Assembly (NCBI GenBank): GCA_900548005.1
Contig: URIZ01000001.1
Location: 214,309 to 278,308 of the forward strand
DNA length: 64,000 bases
Direction of reading: 5' to 3'
Source: an uncultured Eubacteriales bacterium
GTDB taxonomy: Bacteria; Bacillota; Clostridia; Christensenellales; CAG-917
Positions 45,929-54,529 of the stretch are shown piece after piece. The notes under the pieces are model-generated. The model had not been told where the DNA came from, did not search any database, and worked only from the letters and a program-made list of their open reading frames with translations. Made by a program: the position numbers and the translations under genes. Numbering within the stretch: the stretch's first letter is position 1; each line of letters opens with the position of its first letter.

Positions 45929-46872
45929 ATTGTTTCTCCTTCTTGGGTGAGCTTGTCAAGCTCGTCAAGCACGATTTGCGCCTCTTGTCTGTCTTTGAGC
46001 GTTGCGCCGCTGGCTTTGAGATGTCCGCCACCGCCGTGCGCCACTGCGATTTGGTTGATGTTGCGATTTTTGGAGCGTATCTCGCACAGCACGCCTTGTT
46101 CGCACTCGGTGAAGTTCACCCACGTGTTCACGCCCTTGATCTCGCCCATGCAATTCACCATACCGCGCGACACTGCTTGCGCTTCCATGCCCGTCTCGGC
46201 AACGCGCGCAAGGTCGGAATAGATATACGCAACGTTGTGCTCGGTGAAGCGGATTGCGGTGACAAACTCCGCGCGCAATTTCACGTTTTTGAATTCGTCC
46301 TGATACAGCTCGTTGTATATGCTCGTTGCGCTGAACCCTTTGGACAACAGAAAGCTCGCCAAATCGAACGTGCGCGGCGTTGTGCTGTCATAGCGGAATC
46401 TTCCGCTGTCCGTCACAAGCCCCGTGAAAAGCGCTTTGGCGGCGTCAACGGGCACGTCAAGTCCCCATTCGCGCGCAAGATAGGTCACAAGACCGCAACA
46501 ACTCTCAAAACTCGTGTCGTCTATGTCGATTTCCGCGATGTCTTCAACAAATATGTGGTGGTCTATGCGGATGCGAAGATCGGCAAGTTTGTAGCGATCG
46601 TCACTGATGAGCGAATTTGCCGACGTGTCCAGCACGATTGCCAATGCGCCGTGATACACTTCGTCGCTTATCTCGTCCATTTTGCTGCCGTCCATAAAGG
46701 AAAATCGCCTTGCGTCATCTCCCACGGCGTACACTTGCTTGTCGGGGAAGTTGTGCTCGATGATTTTCTTCAAGCCGATCTGACTGCCCATTGCGTCGCC
46801 GTCCGGGCTTGTGTGGCGGTGTATGACGATAACGTCGTATTGCTTGATTGCGTCAAGTGCCTTGCTTATCAT
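45925..46872 (-). CDS. DHH/DHHA1 phosphoesterase (NrnA-like), paralog 2
   Basis: Motifs DGDAMGS, VLDTS, DHH (RIDHHIF) and GGGGHLKASGA; 315 aa. It has a 4-nt overlap with the downstream paralog. Confidence 0.75.
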   Translation of the reverse strand: MISKALDAIKQYDVIVIHRHTSPDGDAMGSQIGLKKIIEHNFPDKQVYAVGDDARRFSFMDGSKMDEISDEVYHGALAIVLDTSANSLISDDRYKLADLRIRIDHHIFVEDIAEIDIDDTSFESCCGLVTYLAREWGLDVPVDAAKALFTGLVTDSGRFRYDSTTPRTFDLASFLLSKGFSATSIYNELYQDEFKNVKLRAEFVTAIRFTEHNVAYIYSDLARVAETGMEAQAVSRGMVNCMGEIKGVNTWVNFTECEQGVLCEIRSKNRNINQIAVAHGGGGHLKASGATLKDRQEAQIVLDELDKLTQEGETI

Positions 46873-47008
46873 GTTTCACCTATAAGTTTTCTCAATTTAT
46901 TTAGTAGTAAATGATACCACACAATGCGCATTTAGTCAACAACGCGTTTTTGTGCGGTGAAAAGCCGTGATTTTGACGATGATTTGCCAAGCCTTGCGCA
47001 ACGTCCGC

Positions 47009-47040
47009 AAAATAAAAACGCGCCCGTATAGGACGCGTTT
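47009..47040 (-). terminator. rho-independent terminator after the M20 peptidase gene
   Basis: On the minus strand: AAACGCGTCC-TATAC-GGGCGCGTTT followed by TTATTTT. Confidence 0.7.
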
Positions 47041-47052
47041 GGGTGGGTTAGA

Positions 47053-48369
47053 TCACTTGAAATCGCGGATAAACGTTTTGAAGAATCCGACGCATTCTTC
47101 CACCGATTTGATGTCCACGTTCTCGTTTGAAGCGTGCATGCCGCCAAGTTGATCGAACGAGAGCGTGCAGGGCGTGCAACGTATTGCGTGCGTTGCGATT
47201 TGTTGCAAAACTCTGCAATCCGTTCCGCCGAACATAAGGTAGGGCACAACCGCCACGTCGGGATATACCTTGTTGAGTGCCTTTTTGAAAGACTGATAAC
47301 CTTCGCCGTTCAAATCTATCATCGGTGACGCGTTGCGTTGCAAATCAACTTGCATTTCAAGGTCGAATTTCTTTGCGATTTTTTCAAGAATTTTGAAACA
47401 TTTCTCGCAAGTGTCCGTCGGGGCGATACGCAAGTTTGCGTTCACCCACGCTTCTTGCGGAATTACGTTGGGCGCGGCAGAGCCTTGCGACATCGTGAAC
47501 ACCATGCTTGTTGCAAACATACTGTTGCCGTAGGACGCGTTGATTTTCGGCGCAAGCTTGGACACCCACCAGCCGTTGAGCCCTATCGTCTTGCAGAAGA
47601 GTTTGAGTGGCGGTGTGAGAGCATCTCCCATGCCGTAGATCATCGCTTTTGCCGCTTTCGACATCTTGGGCTTGAACACCGTGTGTTTTTCGCAATAATT
47701 TACAAACGCCGCAAGCCTTGCAATCGGCGTGTTTTTGGGAGGTTGAGAGGAGTGTCCGCCTTTGCCGCGCGCAATAAACTTGACGTCTGCATAGCCTTTT
47801 TCGAGTATGCCGACCGCTGCAACGTCTTTCGTCATGAATTTTGTCGTTTTTCTTATGATTGCGCCGCCTTCGTCAACGACGAGAAACGGAGTTATGCCGT
47901 GCGCTTTGAACCAGTCGCGCGCAACTTCCGCACCGGGACCGCCCGTTTCTTCGCAGTCGCTGTAACTGAGATATACGTCTTGCTCGGGCACGAAACCTTC
48001 CGCAATGAGTTCGTCAACCGCCTGTATGGTGGAAAACAGCGTATTCTTGCAGTCCATTGCGCCGCGACCGTAAACTTTGCCGTCTTCGATCGTCGCAGAG
48101 TAGGGCGGATATTTCCAATCGCCGCCCACTGCCGGCACAACGTCTTGGTGCGCCATAAGCACGAGCGGACGCGTATTCGATTTTCCGCTCCATTTGTACA
48201 AAAGCAAATCGCCGCCGATGTCGATCTTATCGCACTTTTCCGTCACGTTTGGGAACTCCTTGTCAAGCACCTTGTGGAAAGCGTCAAAATACTCGTGTCC
48301 GCTGTTGGTGACGGTGGGGCATTGAATGAGCTTTACAAAACTGTCTACGTATCCGTTTTCGTTTTTCAT
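47053..48369 (-). CDS. M20-family metallopeptidase / carboxypeptidase
   Basis: AHQDVVP metal-binding region and SDCEETGG, about 438 aa. I chose the ATG at 48369 (AGGAG RBS) over the track start at 48426. Confidence 0.8.
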   Translation of the reverse strand: MKNENGYVDSFVKLIQCPTVTNSGHEYFDAFHKVLDKEFPNVTEKCDKIDIGGDLLLYKWSGKSNTRPLVLMAHQDVVPAVGGDWKYPPYSATIEDGKVYGRGAMDCKNTLFSTIQAVDELIAEGFVPEQDVYLSYSDCEETGGPGAEVARDWFKAHGITPFLVVDEGGAIIRKTTKFMTKDVAAVGILEKGYADVKFIARGKGGHSSQPPKNTPIARLAAFVNYCEKHTVFKPKMSKAAKAMIYGMGDALTPPLKLFCKTIGLNGWWVSKLAPKINASYGNSMFATSMVFTMSQGSAAPNVIPQEAWVNANLRIAPTDTCEKCFKILEKIAKKFDLEMQVDLQRNASPMIDLNGEGYQSFKKALNKVYPDVAVVPYLMFGGTDCRVLQQIATHAIRCTPCTLSFDQLGGMHASNENVDIKSVEECVGFFKTFIRDFK

Positions 48370-48535
48370 AACACACTCCTGATGATTTATTAAAACAATT
48401 GTACAATGCAATCGCCAATACTTCAAGCAAAATTTTCACGCGCCGAGTGAGAATTTCGCCGATTTGCCAACGAAATTTTGAAAATTTCAAAAATCAGTTG
48501 CAACAATCGATGATTTATGATATATTCATTCTTGC

Positions 48536-48623
48536 GCCGGCGTGGTGAAACTGGCAGACGCGCTGGACTCAAAATCCTGTGGACTAATCATCCGTGTCGG
48601 TTCGAGTCCGACCGCCGGCACCA
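48536..48623 (+). tRNA. tRNA-Leu (anticodon CAA), type II with a long variable arm, CCA encoded
   Basis: Hand fold: acceptor GCCGGCG/CGCCGGC, anticodon loop CUCAAAA, T-arm GTCGG-TTCGAGT-CCGAC, discriminator A, then CCA. Confidence 0.9.
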
Positions 48624-48627
48624 AACG

Positions 48628-48668
48628 AAAAAACAACCTTGCGAAACAACCGTAAGGTTGTTTTTTTA
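48628..48668 (+). terminator. rho-independent terminator after tRNA-Leu
   Basis: AACAACCTT-GCGAAACAACCGT-AAGGTTGTT followed by T-run. Confidence 0.75.
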
Positions 48669-48682
48669 TATATGCCGCGCGA

Positions 48683-49343
48683 CTGCTTGCAGTCAAGCGC
48701 GAGCATATATAAAAAAGCAAAACGCGTAGCGTTGTCGCAAGGTTGCTTTTGAGTGCCGCAGGTGGCATGAAATACCGCCGAGCACCAACGGAGTGCCGCA
48801 GGTGGCATGAAATACCGCCGGCGGTCGTTCTCGGTGTGCTTTGCACATGCGCATAAAATATGCGCCCCGACACCGTGTCGCTGACGCTCCGCTTTTGTGA
48901 GTGAACTCACTCGCTTCGCTATTACGCACGCAAGCGTGCTACGAGTCCGACAAAAATGTAATTCTGCTTGCAGTCAAGCGCGAGCATATATAAAAAAACA
49001 AAACGCATAGCGTTGTCGCAAGGTTGCTTTTGAGTGCCGCAGGTGGCATGAAATACCGCCGAGCACCAACGGAGTGCCGCAGGTGGCATGAAATACCGCC
49101 GGCGGTCGTTCTCGGTGTGCTTTGCACATGCGCATAAAATATGCGCCCCGACACCGTGTCGCTGACGCTCCGCTTTTGTGAGTGAACTCACTCGCTTCGC
49201 TATTACGCACGCAAGCGTGCTACGAGTCCGACAAAAATGTAATTCTGCTTGCAGTCAAGCGCAGGCATATATAAAAAAACAAAACGCGTAGCGTTGTCGC
49301 AAGCTTGCTTTTGAGTGCCGCAGGTGGCATGAAATACCGCCGA
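48683..49343. repeat. tandem repeat, 281-bp unit, about 2.4 near-identical copies
   Basis: The unit start CTGCTTGCAGTCAAGCG is read at 48683, 48964 and 49245. Only a few substitutions separate the copies. Each unit carries two copies of a 29-mer GAGTGCCGCAGGTGGCATGAAATACCGCC 40 nt apart, plus several short perfect palindromes. Confidence 0.92.
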
Positions 49344-49411
49344 ACAGAGATATTATATGCTTTCTACCTTTGGCAAAATTGTATATGCGATTGCTTGATT
49401 ATAGTGTGAAA

Positions 49412-50110
49412 TTACTCTGCTTTTATCATTCTATATCCAACGCCTACATGAGTTTGAATATATTGCGGTGAATCGGTGGTCGATTCGATTTTTTTGCGTA
49501 AGGTAGCCATAAAGACACGCAGAGAAGCGATATTGCTTTCCCATGCCGCGCCCCATATTTTTTGCGTAATAAAAGTGTGGGTAAGTACTTTTCCGACGTT
49601 TCTCGACAGCAAACAAAGCAATTTATACTCGATTGGGGTAAGATGGAGTTCTTCATTGCTTAAATATGCGCACCCTGCCGCGTAATCTATTTTTAGATTT
49701 CCGTTCACAAAAATCGATTCGGACTTGTTCGCCGATTGCATTGTAGCCAATCTTCTTTCGGTAACTCTTATTCTTGCCAACAATTCTTCGACAGAAAACG
49801 GTTTTGTCAGATAATCGTCAGCGCCGGCGTCAAGTGCTTCGATTTTTTCTTTATCTTCGGTTCTTGCGCTTATTACGATGATCGGCAATTCCGACCATGT
49901 GCGAATTTTTTTGATAACATCAACACCGTCGATATCAGGCAAGCCTAAATCGAGCAAAACGATGTTCGGATTGTTGGAAGACGCTTGCATAAGGGCACTT
50001 TCGCCGGTTGAAGCGGTCATATAGTTGTAACCGTGGGTTTTCAAGGTCGTTCCGATGAGGTTGCGAACCGGTGCATCGTCTTCCACAACTAAAATCAGCA
50101 AGTTATTCAT
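49412..50110 (-). CDS. kdpE: OmpR-family response regulator (KdpE-like)
   Basis: Receiver domain (LLDLGLPDIDG), a winged-helix output ending in GVGYRM, and an overlap with the kdpD-like gene. Confidence 0.8.
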   Translation of the reverse strand: MNNLLILVVEDDAPVRNLIGTTLKTHGYNYMTASTGESALMQASSNNPNIVLLDLGLPDIDGVDVIKKIRTWSELPIIVISARTEDKEKIEALDAGADDYLTKPFSVEELLARIRVTERRLATMQSANKSESIFVNGNLKIDYAAGCAYLSNEELHLTPIEYKLLCLLSRNVGKVLTHTFITQKIWGAAWESNIASLRVFMATLRKKIESTTDSPQYIQTHVGVGYRMIKAE

Positions 50111-52073
50111 GAATATCCACCTCTCCTACGGGTAGTGTAAACGTAAATATCGCACCGTGCGGAACATTGTCGGTTACGGTTATTTCTCCGCCGTGTGCGT
50201 TTATAATCGATTTGCATAACGAAAGCCCTATTCCGATACTTCGACGACTATCGGCGATTTTGTTTGTGCCGGTGTAAAACATATCGAAAACACGCAGTTT
50301 TTGATCGTCTGCAATTCCGTTTCCGTTGTCCGCCACACTTAAACAAACCATATTGTCGGCTCTTTTTGATGTTATTGTGATCTGCGAATCGGAAGGGGTG
50401 TATTTGATTGCGTTGTCCAACAGATTGATCAACACCTGCACAATAAGTCGAGCGTCCATTTGAGCAAGAAGCAAGTCATCGGGCTGGATGACGGTGATAG
50501 TTTGTTTTTCGCTTTTTACACGAACATGTTTCAGCGCCTCATCGATTACATCGCCGACAAGTTCGGTGGTTAAATTTATATTCATTCTGCCTTCTTCAAG
50601 GCGAGTTACGGAAAGCAAATTCTCAACCAGATTGATAAGCCAAAGAGAATCATCATAAATATCTTCGTAGATTTGCTTTTTTGTGATATCGTCAATATCG
50701 TTGCCGTTTGAAATCAGATTGCTTGCATTCCCGGAAATGGAAGTAAGCGGAGTTCGCAAGTCGTGCGATATGGAACGTAGCAGGTTTGCACGCAATTGTT
50801 CGTTTTTTGCCAAAACCGCGGCGCGTTCGCGTTCTTTTGCGTTTACAATTCCGTCAACAGCGAGCGCACATTCTCCTATAACGGAATTTACAATGCTTTC
50901 ATCAAAGGCATCAATCGGATTGTTCCCGACAAAAACGCCTATTGCACCATAGTTTTTGCCGTTTTTACATATTGGGAAAAAAGTATAGTCGTTTTCAGAG
51001 TAAATGCTTGTTCCTTTTCCTGCTTTTACGTTGTTTTTGGTGACTTGCAGAAGTATTTGTGCGCAGTCTTGCGGCACAATGACCGTATCATTTTCAGTTG
51101 GAAGCGAGCAACGACATTGAGATTTGTCATCGAAAACAATCACCGTTCGGTTTAACAGTTTTTTCAATTGATTTGCTGTAACGCGAAATATCTCACTTTC
51201 GTCGGGTGCTTGTTGAATCAACTGATTGGCATCAAACAAAATTTTTGTTCTGTATGCCGTTTGAGTTGCCTGACGTTCACGCGATTTAAGTTTTTCCGCC
51301 GTGCCGCCTATAACAAGGGATGCAACGAGCATAATCACAAAAGTCACGGGATATCCGTTGCCGTACGCTAACAGCGAAAACCTTGGTTCTGTAAACAAAA
51401 AATTAAAGAGCAATACACTCACGACAGAGGAGAGCACCCAACAAATCTTGCTTTCGGTCAATATGGCGGTGATGAGAATTCCGAGCATATAAACGGTTAT
51501 AATGTTTGCATCGGTAAAGCCAAATTTTGAGAATATATAACCGAGAAGCGTTGCAATCGAAAGCACTATTGTCGAAACGATTACCCCTTTGACAATTTTG
51601 AAAAATGCCGGCTTTTCAAAGACTTTTGCCTTTCCTTTGGGCAAAACGGCATCGCTGTCGGGAATAATATGTATATCGACGTTTGGGGCGAGAGATATTA
51701 GTTTTTCCGTCAAAGTGGGCTGCAAAGCTAAACGTTTTTTGTTTACAACGCTTCTTCCGATCACTATTTTTGTAACGCCTGAAAGACGTGCATATTCCGC
51801 AATTTGAAAAGGAATATCGTCACCGCATACCGTAGTGACGGATGCTCCGCATTCTTCTGCAAAATGTATATTGGAAAGCAATCGCTCTTTGTCTTTTGAC
51901 TGCAATGATGCAGTGGATGGCGTTTTTATGTACAATGCGGAAAACATTGCGCCGAACGCTTTTGCCATGGATGATGCCGTTTGTATTATTTTCGTATTCG
52001 AAGGCGATGAGGATATACAAACCAAAATATGTTCGGCATTTTTGTCTGTATTTTTATTGTGATTGTCTGACAA
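50103..52073 (-). CDS. kdpD: KdpD-like sensor histidine kinase lacking the N-terminal Kdp sensor domain (USP-TM-GAF-like-HisKA-HATPase)
   Basis: USP-like N-terminus (HILVCISSSPSNTKII...KIVIGRS), 3-4 TM helices (DUF4118-like), H-box SISHDLRTPLT and an ATPase domain. It has a TTG start after AAGGAGG. At 656 aa it is well short of the ~890 aa of classical KdpD. Confidence 0.8.
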   Translation of the reverse strand: MSDNHNKNTDKNAEHILVCISSSPSNTKIIQTASSMAKAFGAMFSALYIKTPSTASLQSKDKERLLSNIHFAEECGASVTTVCGDDIPFQIAEYARLSGVTKIVIGRSVVNKKRLALQPTLTEKLISLAPNVDIHIIPDSDAVLPKGKAKVFEKPAFFKIVKGVIVSTIVLSIATLLGYIFSKFGFTDANIITVYMLGILITAILTESKICWVLSSVVSVLLFNFLFTEPRFSLLAYGNGYPVTFVIMLVASLVIGGTAEKLKSRERQATQTAYRTKILFDANQLIQQAPDESEIFRVTANQLKKLLNRTVIVFDDKSQCRCSLPTENDTVIVPQDCAQILLQVTKNNVKAGKGTSIYSENDYTFFPICKNGKNYGAIGVFVGNNPIDAFDESIVNSVIGECALAVDGIVNAKERERAAVLAKNEQLRANLLRSISHDLRTPLTSISGNASNLISNGNDIDDITKKQIYEDIYDDSLWLINLVENLLSVTRLEEGRMNINLTTELVGDVIDEALKHVRVKSEKQTITVIQPDDLLLAQMDARLIVQVLINLLDNAIKYTPSDSQITITSKRADNMVCLSVADNGNGIADDQKLRVFDMFYTGTNKIADSRRSIGIGLSLCKSIINAHGGEITVTDNVPHGAIFTFTLPVGEVDIHE

Positions 52074-52165
52074 ATTCTATCGACCTCCTTTTTTTATATA
52101 ATAACATCGGTTGCTAAATCCTACAACTACATTCTTTTGAACCGACAATAAATCTTATAGTTTTT

Positions 52166-52318
52166 TCATTTTTTACATTTGGTTCTTATGCGAACAGTTA
52201 ATTTCGCATTGTTTTTTCGGACACTGGTCCTATATAGGTATTTATCGAGTTGTACCATCACGACAAAACCGATAGCGATTGCAAGAAGTGCCAATAGCAC
52301 AAACATAATATCCGACAT
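52166..52318 (-). CDS. possible small single-TM protein (50 aa)
   Basis: MSDIMFVLLALLAIAIGFVVMVQLDKYLYRTSV... starts at the ATG at 52318, which abuts the ktrA stop. There is no homology evidence and it could be spurious. Confidence 0.3.
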   Translation of the reverse strand: MSDIMFVLLALLAIAIGFVVMVQLDKYLYRTSVRKNNAKLTVRIRTKCKK

Positions 52319-52319
52319 C

Positions 52320-52973
52320 TTATATTTCAAAACACTTTTTGATAAATTTATACTCGCCAAGAACAAGCAAAGACATATTTTGCGAAAGCATTGTTTCCGG
52401 TGTTATGACAGCGTTTATTTTTCCGTTTGTTTTTATTGCAATTATATTTATGTTGTATTTTTTTCTTATATCGATTTCACTTATAGTCTTGCCTATCCAA
52501 TTTCGCGGCACGGAGACTTCAAAAATAGAACATGAGTCGGACAGCTCTATATAATCGAGAATGTGGTCTGAGCTATAACGTATCGCTGTCCAAATGGCAA
52601 GTTGTTTTTCGGGATAAATGATTTCGTCTGCGCCGTTTCGCAGAAGAAATTTTGCCTGAACGTCTTGTTCTGCACGCGACACAACCTTTTGTGCCCCCAT
52701 TTCCTTTAACAAGCACGTTGTTTCAAGAGAGCTTTGAAAGTTGCTGCCGATAGTTACGATGCATACGTCATAGTTTTTTACGCCCAGCGATTTCAGCAAC
52801 GATTCGTTTGTGCTATCGCCGATTAACCCGTTGGTTACATAGGGCATAGCATCGTTTATCCTTTCTTCGTTTTCGTCGATCGCCATGATTTCGTGTCCTA
52901 ATTCGTGCAATTTCATTGCAATATATTTTCCGAACCGTCCGAGACCTATCAATAAAATGGATTTCGTTTTCAT
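52320..52973 (-). CDS. ktrA: potassium uptake protein, NAD-binding RCK subunit (KtrA/TrkA)
   Basis: Rossmann motif LIGLGRFG, RCK_N plus RCK_C, 217 aa. Confidence 0.88.
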   Translation of the reverse strand: MKTKSILLIGLGRFGKYIAMKLHELGHEIMAIDENEERINDAMPYVTNGLIGDSTNESLLKSLGVKNYDVCIVTIGSNFQSSLETTCLLKEMGAQKVVSRAEQDVQAKFLLRNGADEIIYPEKQLAIWTAIRYSSDHILDYIELSDSCSIFEVSVPRNWIGKTISEIDIRKKYNINIIAIKTNGKINAVITPETMLSQNMSLLVLGEYKFIKKCFEI

Positions 52974-52985
52974 ATAATAACCTCC

Positions 52986-54314
52986 TTAACCGACTGCGAT
53001 TGTATCCGTCGGCAATTTTGCCACTTGTTTTTTATTTGTGCCGAAAGCGGCATATATCAATGTCAATCCGCCTACGCGCCCGAAAAACATCGAGATGATC
53101 AAAATCAATTTGGATGCGATTCCGAGCGTCGGGGTAATTCCGAGCGTAAGTCCCACCGTGCCGACGGCGGATGCGGTTTCGAATAGACAGGACTTAATCG
53201 GCAAGTTTTCGATTGCGCTTATAGCCATTCCTCCAAATAAGAAGAGGACAATATACATGAGAAATATTGCCGAAGCCGTCTTAACAGTTCCATCATCGAC
53301 GCTTCGTTTCATAAGTTCCGCATTATCTTTTTTTCTGAATACGGAAAAAGCGGAAGAGAATAAAACCGCTATCGTCGTCGTTTTCATGCCGCCTGCGGTA
53401 GAACCGGGAGAACCGCCTATCAGCATCAGAATAATCATAATGTATAGTCCCGTATCGCTGATTGCCGTAAGATCTACCGTATTAAACCCTGCCGTTCTCG
53501 GCGTTACCGATTGAAACAAAGACGCAAGTATTCGCTTACCGACAGGCATATCGCTGAATTCAAAAAAGAAGAAGTATATTGCGGGCAAAACAATAAGCAC
53601 GGCGGTGACAATCAATACCACTTTGCTTTGCGTGCGATATTCTTTTATTCGCCACTTGTGTTTGCAAACGTCTTCCCATACCAAAAAACCGATACCGCCG
53701 ATAATAATCAGCAACATAATCGTAATATTGATGACGGGTTGTGTGGAATAGTGAGTGATAGACGTAAATTCTCCGCTTTTCGTCCCCATAATATCGAATC
53801 CTGCGTTGCAGAACGCCGACACAGAATGGAAAATCGACAGCCAAATACCTTCTGCGCCGTAATCTATACAAAATACGGGCATCATAACAAGAGCGCCGAT
53901 AAGTTCAATCAAAAAAATTCCCTTGATTATAAATCCGGTCAGGCGAACTATACCGCTCACATTTGGCGCGGAAATTGCGTTTTTCATCGTTTCGCGGCTG
54001 AATAAACCGATTTTTTTGCCCGAAATAACGGCGAAAGACACAGCTATTGTAACAACGCCCATACCGCCGATTTGAATCAGCAACAATATGACAATTTGCC
54101 CGAATATCGTCCAATGAGTTGCCGTATCGAACACGATAAGTCCCGTTACGCAAACGGCGGACGTTGATGTAAACAGGGCATCGATAAAAGATGTCCACTC
54201 ATGATTTTTTGAAGAAATCGGCAAAGACAATAAAAATGCGCCAAGCAAAACAACGCCGGCAAATCCTAATAGTATTATTTGAAAAGACGATAGTTTCTTT
54301 TTGGGTATTTTCAT
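52986..54314 (-). CDS. ktrB: potassium transporter membrane subunit (KtrB/TrkH family)
   Basis: 442 aa with about 8-10 TM helices and repeated pore-loop-like segments (TGL, GGMG, NAGF, GGSPGSTAGGMK). Confidence 0.88.
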   Translation of the reverse strand: MKIPKKKLSSFQIILLGFAGVVLLGAFLLSLPISSKNHEWTSFIDALFTSTSAVCVTGLIVFDTATHWTIFGQIVILLLIQIGGMGVVTIAVSFAVISGKKIGLFSRETMKNAISAPNVSGIVRLTGFIIKGIFLIELIGALVMMPVFCIDYGAEGIWLSIFHSVSAFCNAGFDIMGTKSGEFTSITHYSTQPVINITIMLLIIIGGIGFLVWEDVCKHKWRIKEYRTQSKVVLIVTAVLIVLPAIYFFFFEFSDMPVGKRILASLFQSVTPRTAGFNTVDLTAISDTGLYIMIILMLIGGSPGSTAGGMKTTTIAVLFSSAFSVFRKKDNAELMKRSVDDGTVKTASAIFLMYIVLFLFGGMAISAIENLPIKSCLFETASAVGTVGLTLGITPTLGIASKLILIISMFFGRVGGLTLIYAAFGTNKKQVAKLPTDTIAVG

Positions 54315-54529
54315 GCAAAACCTCGATCTGATTTGTCGACGTTATGCTATCACGTTTGCTATAAAGATGGCGTTAGGGTTCTTTCTTGATGTATTAAAAT
54401 TGTATAAAGATAAAGGTGTGTTTGAGTCTGAATTGCGGAATTTGAAAAACAGTACAATCGACTATAAAAGCAATTGACGAATACTTGGCGTGACGCTTTG
54501 TATTCGCCAATTGGATGTTAGTGTTCAAA

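Noticed and set aside
48900-48960. The 10-nt match of the tandem-repeat unit end (CGAGTCCGAC) to the tRNA-Leu T-arm as proof of an att site
   Set aside because: A 10-mer match is weak evidence on its own, and no integrase or second att copy was found at the far end of the putative island. I kept it only as a remark inside the tandem-repeat finding.
48526-49210. Several 70-115-aa minus-strand ORFs in all three frames across the region after tRNA-Leu
   Set aside because: They are translations of the 281-bp tandem repeat, and identical peptides recur with the repeat period. They run through the tRNA terminator, and openness in all three frames is a repeat artefact.
48751-49341. Possible CRISPR array: the 29-mer GAGTGCCGCAGGTGGCATGAAATACCGCC occurs five times
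   Set aside because: The 29-mers come in pairs separated by only 11 nt of identical 'spacer', and pairs recur every 281 nt as part of a larger duplicated unit. There are no unique spacers and no cas genes in the window.
54315-54529. c-di-AMP (ydaO/kimA-type) riboswitch in the ktrB leader
   Set aside because: I could not find the conserved ACGGGGA / CCCG-type cores or a pseudo-two-fold architecture on the minus strand. The region appears to be a terminator for the upstream exporter plus an AT-rich promoter region. A covariance-model scan would settle it.
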